Part shown: positions 1 through 9,965 of the stretch, one piece after another | How the letters are laid out: each line of letters starts with the position of its first letter | How positions within the stretch are numbered: the first letter of the stretch is position 1 | Source: Eledone cirrhosa | Taxonomy: Eukaryota | Assembly: GCA_964016885.1 (NCBI GenBank) | Contig: OZ024744.1 | Coordinates: forward strand, 54,064,001 to 54,128,000 | Reading direction: 5' to 3' | DNA length: 64,000 nucleotides | The notes under the pieces: model-generated | The model's input: only the letters and a program-made list of their open reading frames with translations | The model's database searches: none | What the model was told of the DNA's origin: nothing | Translations under genes and position numbers: made by a program

Positions 1-229
1 TTGCCATGATAGAATTATTATGTCTCAACAACAAACTTTTGACCAATCCTTGTGACAATCACTTTTACCATATATGGAATTACCTCGTGAGAAGCTCGGC
101 TATTCAAATACCAGGATAAACATTTTCATTTAGTCCAGAATTAGCCGTCGAAACGGCTTGAGCTCTGCCGTCAGGGTCCTACTCGTTCCTATATATATAT
201 ATATACACATACATTTACACACCTGTACA

Positions 230-267
<38 letters not shown>

Positions 268-269
268 TG

Positions 270-513
270 TGTAGGTGTGTAAATGTATGTCTAAACCTTA
301 TGCATTTCTACAGTAGTTCTACAGATGAATGTGAATGTGAACTCTCAGAATTGGCACATATTGAGTAGGGGACCCCTGGGGGCAGGAACCTCTTTTTGGA
401 AAAAGCAGATAAGTTTGTAAAAGTATAGTTTTCGAAGCAGCACTGAAGTATTGACATAAATGGTATACATAACTGCTATTTAATACCCGAACAACGCCGC
501 TTACGTCTGCTAG
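270..513 (+). mobile_element. Non-autonomous Helitron, 3' part
   Basis: Ends in a degenerate GC hairpin followed by CTAG|T at 510-514. 320-480 is the reverse complement of about 40880-41007 in the Helitron at 40854-41898. The 5' boundary is uncertain. Confidence 0.6.
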
Positions 514-526
514 TATATATATACAC

Positions 527-710
527 CATTGGATGACCGTTGACTCTCGCGAGTTCCTCCGCCCTTTGTCAGGTCTTGTTTTCATCCTGCAGGGTGTCCA
601 ATCACCCTGCCCACCAAGCAAACTTGGTGGGATTGCCATCTCAGTCCCCGACGACCTGACCATATAACTGGTTGTACTGGGATACATGTTACCAGTAACA
701 CGACCTGACA
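527..710. repeat. ~190-bp dispersed module abutting (CATA)n, copy 1 of 4
   Basis: TTGGATGRCCGTTGACTC...GTTACCAGTA...GACCTGA recurs at about 1648-1840, 27777-27958 and 29889-30081, always followed by CATA-type repeats. Confidence 0.75.
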
Positions 711-747
711 ACATACATATATAATTCCATATATACATGTATGCATG

Positions 748-899
748 TATACCTACCTACCTACCTACCTACCTACATACCTACCTACCTACCTAACTAA
801 CTACCTACCTACCTACCTACCTACCTACCTACCTACCTACCTACCTACCTACCTACCTACCTACCTACCTACCTACCTACCTACCTCCCAACCTACATA
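748..899. repeat. (ACCT)n microsatellite
   Basis: Direct tandem tetranucleotide repeat. Confidence 0.95.
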
Positions 900-1840
900 C
901 ATGATGGCTGCAAACTCTGCCAAGGGCATTGCAATCGCTTGTCAAATTCAGATGTGTGACGCTCGGATATGGCTTTTCAAGCCTACTAGAGACTTGCACT
1001 CTTCACACATTGACGACAACTATGGATCTCCCTGGCTTGAGGTTCTGAATCAGGTTGCCTGTGAACCCTCACAACACCGTGAAGATCATAGTTCATGGCT
1101 GCGATTGTGGCTCCTGACACCAGATTTGCTAAAGCAAATATTTCCACACTCAGGGCACTTCAATTCAATGGAGACACCGATCGTTTCGAGAGATACACCA
1201 GGGCATTCCTTACGCACATCCCGTTTGATCTTCTCTTGCTCTATGCGCCAATCCTCAAAATTATGGATCCCATCATTCACTATCCCACGCCAAGTTTCTC
1301 TTTCAAGAGCTTCTATCTCCCAGTCAGCCATAATCAAACCAATCACTTGTCAGATTATAGAAAATGGTGCACTTTTAGGCCACGGCCAGCCACATAAACC
1401 TGTAACAGATCCTGACCAAACAATGCGTGTACTTTGAAGGTTTTTTAAGTGGGAAAAAGCCTTGCACTTGACCAATCCCACTCTCTGAGCCTCGAAAACA
1501 CTACCCAAAAAGGAGAACTGGTCAATATCATCCGATGCTTCCGAAGCCGCAGGTTTTTTGTTTTTTTTCAGGATTTCCCTCTCCTAGAAAGGTGTTGTGA
1601 CACCGACCGGGGCCTTTTACTCCTGGGTGGAAAAAGAAAGTACTATTTGGATGGTCGTTGACTCTGCTGAGTTCCTCCGTCCTTTGTCGAGTCTTGTATT
1701 TCATCCTGCAGGGTGTCCAACTATCAACCTCCTGCCCAAGCAAGCTTGGTGGAGTTGCCGGTTTCGTCGCCGACGACCCGACCATGAGACCGGTTGTACT
1801 TGGTTACATGTTACCCGTAGCACTCGAGAGCGACCTGACA
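900..1840 (-). mobile_element. Internally deleted RTE-type LINE derivative (5' module plus C-terminal C2H2 zinc-finger 3' end)
   Basis: Minus ORF 1086-1346 reads WEIEALERETWRGIV...CPECGNICFSKSGVRSHNRSH, an RTE-like C-terminus. It ends GCAGCCATCAT then TATG repeats, and the 190-bp module lies at the other end. Confidence 0.6.
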
Positions 1841-1877
1841 TACATGCATGTACGTGTATATATATATATATATATAT

Positions 1878-2075
1878 CATCATCATCATCAGCGTTTAAC
1901 GTCTATCTTCCACGCTAGCATGGGTTAGTCGGGAGTTGTCCCACTTGAAGCAAGATTGGTTGGGTGACGGAGTCTCTCTCGTTTAGGACTACCTGGCAGG
2001 TTTTCTACGGCTGGATGCCCTTCCTAGCATCAACCACATTTACAGTGTTGACTGGGAACTTTTTACCATGTTTCC
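1878..2075 (-). mobile_element. SINE/RTE-related 3' remnant with (GAT)n tail
   Basis: (CAT)n followed by CGTTTAACGTC...GCATGGGTT and GGATGCCCTTCCT, motifs typical of RTE-partnered SINE ends. Confidence 0.45.
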
Positions 2076-2356
2076 TACACGACTACATTAAAGCGTGGAC
2101 TGTATGTTTCTTGTCGTGACACCTACACGACCTCGATCTCAATCTCATTATCTCATTAGTTTGGACTGGATGTTGTAGTACCAACGTAACTTTACAGAGA
2201 GAGGGTGCTGTTGGTGGGAGTGGGAGGATGGAGTAGGGGTAGTGTGTGGGATGTATATTTGGTTAAGAGGTGCCTACTCTCTGTAGGTTTCGCTTTGTAC
2301 ATAGACAAGGCGGGTCTTCGTATTACTGCGCGTATACATGCATTTATACATATATG

Positions 2357-2363
2357 TCTCTCT

Positions 2364-2436
<73 letters not shown>
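2357..2436. repeat. (CT)n microsatellite
   Basis: Direct dinucleotide repeat. Similar tracts occur at 5278-5330 and 6181-6272. Confidence 0.95.
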
Positions 2437-2438
<2 letters not shown>

Positions 2439-2694
2439 TGTTATGAATAATACCATGAACGGTACAATGGTGGCTCTAAAATCATATTTGATTTGCACCA
2501 GCATACCCTCTTATTTTCGACAGCTTAATCTAGAACATTCCATAGCTCTTATTGTTTTACTATAACAGACACAAAACAGGAAAAAACACGTGTGCTCAAT
2601 TATATATTCATACAAAATCCCCAGGCCACCAGTTCAAACATTTCAACAAATCAATACAGTTGTACCATCTCGACAGTGAAAGCACTTTGGGGGA

Positions 2695-2929
2695 GTAGAC
2701 CTTAGTGGTTATGGCTGTTTGGCACATGATAGTGAAGTTGTGAGTTCGATTCCCTGCGCCGAGTTTTATCATTACACAAGACAATTTATTTCACATTTGA
2801 CCAGTCCACTCAGCTGGCAAAATTAAATTGTACTTGTAATTCAAAATGTCAACCTTGTCAGATGCTGTGTTTGCCTGAAAACTACGTTATGGGTACATAT
2901 GTCTAATGAATGCTCAGCCACTTGCACAG
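2695..2929 (+). mobile_element. tRNA-derived SINE
   Basis: A-box-like TAGTGGTT and B-box GAGTTCGATTCC, then GTCCACTCAGCTG. Related to 4028-4360 and 24030-24232. Confidence 0.6.
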
Positions 2930-2931
2930 TA

Positions 2932-3005
2932 ACTTTCAAGTGCATCTCCCTTACCATTCTCCGGGGAAACGCCTTCTCCATTCTGTCCGCTGGGGCTGTG
3001 GAGAG
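2932..3005 (+). mobile_element. CRE-like non-LTR retrotransposon, REL C-terminal fragment
   Basis: Translates FKCISLTILRGNAFSILSAGAV and is homologous to 7160-7445 and 36490-36765. Confidence 0.6.
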
Positions 3006-4027
3006 GCCAGCACGTAGGATCCCATTTGCTCACCATACAGAGAGAAGGGGGAGGGCAAGAGAGATGGAGGCGATGACAGTGGGAGTTCGGCTCTTCCACG
3101 TTTGAACCATATCCTTGTGGTTGTGTCCCAAATTCATGCTGTGGTCCCCTGTTTACCCAGTATTGCTGATGCTGTGTTCCCAAGTTCATCTCCAGTCTTG
3201 CTTATACTTTACATTGTTCCATACAACTGCAACACTCGTTAGCACCAACTGAAGCCGAATGCTCCCCCACACTCCTACATCCAAGCAATTCCACCACATT
3301 AAATTAGATATTAATATAATAGAAATTTCAATGATACCCTAAACATCTACATTTTGAATATCTAAGTATAATCAATTCATCGCATGCTTCATTTATAACA
3401 TAGCAATTATTCATGATCATGAAAACTATTAAAGTGTTTAAAAGACTTAATAGTAGTTTGTTATTACAACAAAAGTTACATAATTGAAAAGCTTTATTCT
3501 CCTACTTTGATGAATATAATGTATATAATGTATATATTTACAGACTTCCTCGTTAAAGAAGTCATCGATTTATTCAGAAATATTTTTAGATTCCTTTTTG
3601 CATTTGTTTATTATTTTAAAGAAAGGGAAACAATGATATTTTATAATGCAACATTCTCTCCGTTATCTTCGTAATTTATACACTCAAACCAAAGCACAAT
3701 TGGATCCGCTCACAGATCAGAGTTTGCAAAGATTTATGTGTGCCTATGAAATAAAACTCCTCGGGAGTTATTCTTAAGTTCGAAATGTACAGATTATCGA
3801 TATGCAAAGAAACAAAAGCCTCTCGGACTCTTCAGTGATATATATTGGGAAGATGGGTGATCCGTGTTTAATTTGACGAACTGAGTGCGTTAAGACGGTT
3901 TGGTTTGGTGGCAGTTATGAGTAAAGGTTGGTGTTTGGTTCAGGGTCTTTGCTGTGTGTTCGTTGACTGATTGAAGCTATAACGGTCCTATATCTGTATA
4001 TATATATAATTTGTGTGTGTGTGTGTG

Positions 4028-4360
4028 AAGGCGCAAGAAATTAGTGGTCATAATTGTGCTCATAATTGTGAGGTTGTGAGTTAGATTCCCAGACAGGATG
4101 GTGCATTGTGTCCTTCAAAACGTCATCATATTTACTCTTGCCTTAGTTCACTCAGCTGTAAAAATGAGTTGAGACGTCATTGGTGCCAAGCTATATCGGC
4201 CTTTACCATTCCCCTGGACATCGTTGGTGAAGAAAGCAGAAAATGCTAGGCGTGGGCGGTTGCTGGACTTCCACGTAAAACAACTTGCCAAGCTTGTGCC
4301 TAAGAGGCGAACTTTCTACATGTAAAACCCATGACCATTTGTGACTGAAGGGGATCTTTC
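4028..4360 (+). mobile_element. tRNA-derived SINE
   Basis: Degenerate A and B boxes (TAGTGGTC; GAGTTAGATTCCC), then TTGTGTCCTT and TTCACTCAGCTGTAAAAATGAG in the body. Confidence 0.55.
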
Positions 4361-4369
4361 CAATAAATA

Positions 4370-4449
4370 TTCTTCTTCTTCTTCTTCTTCTTCTTCTTCT
4401 TCTTCTTCTTCTTCTTCTTCTTCTTCTTCTTCTTCTTCTTCTTCTTCTT
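4370..4449. repeat. (CTT)n, the (GAA)n tail of the adjacent RTE
   Basis: About 26 units directly abutting the RTE 3' end on the minus strand. Confidence 0.9.
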
Positions 4450-5210
4450 GAGAGGGTCGTGGGGTCAGAGTCCTCATTTACACCTTCCACCGTGTCCTGC
4501 CAGATGCAACTGTCTCCTCTCCAACTGATCCGGCTGAATCCCTGAAACGAACCAAACTTATGGATGTTATCCAAACATTTTACTCGAGGTCTACTCTTGG
4601 GTCTCTGTCGGTTGGTTTTGCCTGTAAAATCTGTCCATCGATTCTTTCCTGACACATTCTAACCACATGTCCATTGTATCAGAGCTGTGATCTCTCAATT
4701 CGGAGAATTCTTGTACTTAATCCAGCTTCCTGCCTTTAACCACTTGTGAACACGGTCCCGAGATACTAGAACCTCTCTACCTGCTTCAGTGGAAAACCAT
4801 TCACACGTAGAGTGCACTATGTTGGCTTTCTTGAGAGGACGGGTGTCTCAGTTTTCGGAGCACTGATTTTTATTCAATCCATGCAGCACGCGGCAGCAAA
4901 CCATCAAGTGCAAGTCGGAGATCGACTTCTGTCGAGTGAAGTAACAATATGTCGTCTGCAAATTCCAACCGACTGATTTTACACCCGCCAGTCATGATAC
5001 CACTTCTAACCCGGCTACGCATGTCAAACTTGGTCATAACGAAGAGAGGAGGACAATACGCACTCTTAGCAGAGTCCGACTATCACATTTATTGATTTCG
5101 ATTTAACACCATTTATCCGAACACAAATACTCTGGCATTCGTATAGAGACATCAGGACAAAAAGAAGCTGAACATCGACCCCATGCTACTGCAGAACTTT
5201 CCACGAGAGA
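4450..5210 (-). pseudogene. Decayed RTE-type LINE, RT-to-3' fragment
   Basis: Minus-strand remnants of FADDI, QVERFxYLG, GHVVRM and RPKSRPRVKCLDNI. The 3' end GACCCTCTC(AAG)n matches the copy at 8505-9119. Confidence 0.65.
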
Positions 5211-5274
5211 TCCCGTTCATTATGCCTTTTCTAGGTCTAAAAATCAATACTCCCACGATTTCTTGCTATCTAAT

Positions 5275-5341
<67 letters not shown>

Positions 5342-6178
5342 TATATATATAGAGAGAGAGAGATAGATAGATAGATGTGTGTATGTGTATATAAACTATA
5401 ATAACGTAAGGAGTGCGGGACTGCGTACAGTTTATTTCTTTTAATCCAGTTAGCAAAATAAGTTATATAATAAGTAATATTACTTTCAGTAAATAATGAA
5501 TGAATATCACATAAGTTATGTACTAAATTAAATTTAATATAAATATTAATATAAATCATTTTATTGTTTATTTAAAATTGATTTCTTTTCAAAGTTTCAA
5601 ATTTCTACACTTCCAGTATATAGCCGCCACCACCACCATCACTCCAACTACCATATATATAGAAAGAGAGAGTTTGTGATGAGAGAGATACAGATAGAGT
5701 GATTATGATTTTCTACACGCTGACGCGTATCTATGTGTATGTGCACATACATACATCTGTATGGATGAGTATATAACTATTATGATTATATAACTATCAT
5801 CACACAAACACAAACTTATAAAAATACATGCTCACGGACATACATTCGCACAGATACACATACTTTCAAACATATACTTTCACACACACACACATACATT
5901 CACACATATACATTTACACAAACACACACATACAGTCATACAGTCAAGATAGCAGCGTTCAGAGAATTGGAAATGGGAGGGTAAAACAAATATAACGTTT
6001 CATTTATTTATTAACTCTTTATTTTAAAACTCATTTAATATAATGGTTACAGAACGAAAACACTAACAAATATAATATACTAGCACGCCCGTCCGGCTGG
6101 CGTCCGGCTAGGTATACCTGCCTCCACCACTCCACTGCAAAAATATCACACACCCTCCCGTGTCACATTGTCCTTCCG

Positions 6179-6276
<98 letters not shown>

Positions 6277-6654
6277 TTCTCTCTCTATGTGTGCGTACGT
6301 ATATTTTGAAGGGTGATACAGAAACTAAAACAGTGTTGTCATATAGAGAGTGAAGAGCGACAGAGAGAGTAAAGCAGTTAAATTATAGAGAGGAGGAATG
6401 ATCTTACATACATACATACATACATACATATATACATACATACATATAAAGTATAGATATGTGTGTGTGTGTGCGTTTGTGTATGTGTGCATGTGCATGT
6501 GTGGGTCTGTGTGTTTTGTTTTGATGTTATCCGGCAAGTGGCGAAATCAGGTGTGAAAGTATGTGTATTTGTGCGTGTGTGTGTGTGTATGTGTGTGTGT
6601 GTTACTTATGCGAGCGACGACAGAAAAAGTGCGTGGGATACATACATATTTCCA

Positions 6655-6797
6655 GCAGAGTTACGTCCCTTTACGATCTGAGTTCTAATCCCGCCGAGGT
6701 TGACTTTGCCTTTCATCCTTACGGGGTCGATAAAATAAAGTACCAGTAATGCACTGGGTAATTGCTGGCCTTGTGCCTAAAGTAGAAACAATTATTA
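6655..6797 (+). mobile_element. tRNA-derived SINE, family with GACTTTGCCTTTCATCCTT core
   Basis: B-box GAGTTCTAATCCC, core CCGAGGTTGACTTTGCCTTTCATCCTTACGGGGTCGATAAAATAAAGTACCAGT and an ATT tail. Other copies lie at 16398, 18872, 19174 and 56265. Confidence 0.8.
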
Positions 6798-7159
6798 TAT
6801 TTGTCTGTATTTTCGTTCTGCAGCCATTATATTATGATATTTGTATCCATATGATTTTAGATGCATGTATTACCTTCTTGCCCGTTCCTCTGTTTCTCTA
6901 TCCCTGTTTCTCTCTCTCTCCTCTCTCCTCTCTCCTCTCTCCTCTCTCCCCTCTCTCTCTTTAGATGTGTGTAGTTTTCCTAATCTGTCTCTTCCACTCT
7001 CTGTCTCTCTAAGAGGGTTACCTTTTGATGTGTGTATTACCTGCTTTTGTGTTGACCGAATTTGAAGGAGGTTATACTTTTGAAATAAACATACATACGA
7101 CGCTCATCTCTATGTTGATATATTATATAAATAATGGGATTTTCAGTTAATATCTGTAT

Positions 7160-7445
7160 ACAACAACTACAACTGTACGCGATGGGGCCCACCCACAGCC
7201 CCGGCAGACAGAATGGAGAAGGTGTTTCCCCGGAGGACGGCAAGGGAGACGCGCTACAAAAGCCAGTCCAACTTGCGGGGTTCACACCTGCGGCTGGCCA
7301 GCTCAGCGCTTATGGTGGTGAGTAAGGAGGTAGCCCTGGGGCCGAGGACACCAGAAGTTTTCACTTCCAGGGGTACGACCGCAAACCTGTCGGAGAGCGA
7401 CCGGTATTTGAGGAGTTTGGCCCCTCAGCCCGACGTGCAGCAGAA
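7160..7445 (-). mobile_element. CRE-like retrotransposon 3' fragment (REL domain)
   Basis: Near-identical to 36490-36765 (KYRSLSDRF..VPL.V.TSGVLGP...RGN.FS) and ends in a short (GTT) tail. Confidence 0.7.
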
Positions 7446-8504
7446 CCTGGGTATATATTGATATATTGAAGGTAGATACGGAAAGTAAAAGAGTGGTGTC
7501 ATATAGAGAGTGAAGAGAGACAGAAAGTAAAGCAGTTAAATTATACAGAGAGAGAGAGACCACGCCCAGCTTTATAATATTAGAGAGTAAAGAGCGACAG
7601 AGAGAGTAAAGCAGTTAACTTATAGAGAGGGGGAATGATCTATTATAGAGAGATGGAGAGAGCAACGGAGAGAGTAAAGCTAAGAGAATATAGGGAGGTG
7701 TGTAGGATACATACAACGCTCATCTCTACGGAAACTAAAAGAGATTTGTCATATAGAGAGTGAAGAGAGACAGAGAGTAAAGCAGTTAAATTATAGAGAG
7801 GGTGAAAGAGGGACAGAGAGAGAGACGACGCTCAGCTTTATAATATTAGAGAGTGAAGAGCGACAGAGAGAGTAAAGCAGTTAAATTATAGAGAGGGGAA
7901 TGATCTATTATAGAGAGAGGGGAGAGCGACGGAGAGAGGGAAGAGCGACGGAGGGAGTAAAGCTAAGAAACTATAGGGAGGTGTGTAGGTTACATACATA
8001 CACAATACACACGACACACAGATTTATAATATTATAGATAGATATACAAAGGAAAGGGAAAGGATAAAAAGAGAGAGAGAAGAGCGACAAGCACGTAATG
8101 CACACATCTAAGACCACATAGGCTGGATAATGCCTCTCGCCCTTACCGCTGCCGCCAGGATGTGGGAAGAAGCAAAAGAGTCACTAACTGTGACGTCCCA
8201 AGTAAGGCACCTGCCTCTTGACCAGGAGCACAGAGTAAGACCGTCAAGTCTTTTGCCGAGGGGATGTTAGCCCGAGCCAAAGCTCTTAACTGGTAATAGG
8301 ACAGTGTGTGTATGTGCGTGCGCGTGAGTTTGTCGGCGTTCTTAAATTAGAGACACGTGTGTGTGAGTCACTGTTTTTAAGTTAGACTTATATGTGTGTA
8401 TCCCTTTCCTTCCTTTTACACACACATACATTCACACAAACACAGATACACATTGCGTGATAGATGGGTAGACAGAAGTCCCTCAAATGTATATATATGC
8501 GCAT

Positions 8505-9119
8505 GGAGTTCTACTGAAGCAGTTAGAGAAGTTCAAGTATCTTGGAGCCGAGTTCATGAGTGATGGAATGCAGGAGGCTGAATTAAGTGCAATAATTGCA
8601 AAAGCTGATACATTAATGCGCCAGCCTCAGCATTCAGCAATCAGAAGAAGCGGGTAGGTGTAAAAAGCCAAACTCGCTGACTTCCTGGTATTCCTGCCAA
8701 CTCTTACCGAGGATCATGAATCTTGAGTAATGACCAAAAGAATACAATTGCAAATAAAAGTGGCAGAAATGGGATTCTTCCGAAGGGTCTTTGGAGTAAC
8801 ATTACTCGATAAAGTGCATAGCTCAGAGACCAGAGAGTAACTCCTGATAGAGCCGCTACTTCTCCAAATTGTGAGATCACTACTCCGATATTATGAGGAT
8901 GTGGTCAGAATGTCTCAGTAAAGAATCGCTGGACACATTTTACAGGCAAAACCAACCGGCAGGAGATCCAGAGGTAGACCCTGAGCAAGATAGTTGGATA
9001 ACATCCATGAACTTGGCTGGTCACGCTTTGGGATCCAGCTGGATCAGTTAGAAATGTTTGCTACTGACAGACTCACTTCCCCCATGACCCTCTCAGAAAT
9101 AAGTGGGTGAAGAAGAAGA
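8505..9119 (+). pseudogene. Decayed RTE-type LINE 3' fragment
   Basis: LKQLEKFKYLG, AEMGFFRRV and GRRSRGRP remnants. Ends GACCCTCTC...GAAGAAGAAG. Confidence 0.7.
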
Positions 9120-9241
9120 TATTGTCAATTTACTTTTCAATTTACATATATCTATATGCATATATATTTGCGTATAATACCAATATGTACACTACACATG
9201 TTAGCAGAAAACCGCCGGAGGGGCGGTTTATCTGCTAGTAT

Positions 9242-9607
9242 ATATAATAAATGTAATGACTTTTACGAATTTTCGATTCGTTTGCAATTATGCAAACAGC
9301 CTCCTTTTTAAGACCGTGTCAGTAGAATGAGCCCCTCATTCTTGCTCTTGTAGGACTGCAGACACTAATGTTTCTGAGTTATATTCTTCATCAGTACAGC
9401 TCACTGTTCACCTGCCAACTGTCAGAGGTAGTAAAAATATATATTTTCTAAAATATACAGTGACTGATCGGCCTGATTTGCATATTAGCAGATCCAATGA
9501 TCAGCCAGATTTGCATATCAGCAGATAGGCCAGGCAGGTTTGCATAATTGCAAACGAATCGAATATTATTATTAATATTCGAAACACTCAGATTACATTT
9601 ATTGTAT
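9242..9607 (-). mobile_element. ~366-bp non-coding element with inverted termini and an internal hammerhead ribozyme
   Basis: TTCGATTCGTTTGCAATTATGCAAAC (9272-9297) is perfectly inverted at 9538-9563. The outer ATAYAATAAATGTAAT is also inverted. Confidence 0.7.
9355..9400 (-). ncRNA. Minimal type I hammerhead ribozyme
   Basis: GCUGUA-CUGAUGA-AGAAUAUAACUCA-GAAAC-AUUAGU-GUC^UGCAGU: intact core, 6-bp stem I, 3-bp stem III and a GUC triplet. Stem II is weak or eroded. Confidence 0.75.
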
Positions 9608-9666
9608 TCAGCTATGTAGAGCTATAATATATATATAGAGAGAGATAGATAGATATAGATATAGAT

Positions 9667-9701
<35 letters not shown>

Positions 9702-9965
9702 TGTTTCTTTTATTTGCCACCAGGGCATCAAAAGTGGGACAAGTACAATGGGGGGAGTTTACAAAACAAGGCGTCCTCAATAAGGAGGAGGCAATAACAA
9801 TATATAAAAATAAAATAAAATATAACAAAAAATAAAATTTATAACAAAATCCTCAATAGAGAGGAGGCGCCTTGGGGGGTCGCACACACCCCCGAAAAAA
9901 GTGTGCAACCCTTCTCCTCAGGAGCACAGAGAAGGGGTGCTCCCTTGATCTTTCATCTTCCTCAC

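Larger units (their letters stand above)
6080..8038 (-). mobile_element. Non-autonomous Helitron-like element with internal AG-rich tandem repeats and nested SINE and CRE insertions
   Basis: Minus strand starts TCTATAATATT at 8038 and ends with hairpin CCGG...CCGG then CTAG at 6080. The unit GAGAGTAAAGCAGTTAAATTATAGAGAG repeats at 6300-6400 and 7460-7990. Confidence 0.5.

Noticed and set aside
745-1437. 230-aa ORF and the many YI/SL/RE/HTYI-repeat ORFs across the window
   Set aside because: They are translations of microsatellites or antisense frames of TE fragments.
1757-1792. Hammerhead-like CCGGUC...GUCG/CGAC-GAAACCGG on the minus strand
   Set aside because: There is no CUGANGA and no stem I, and other copies read GACUAAAC.
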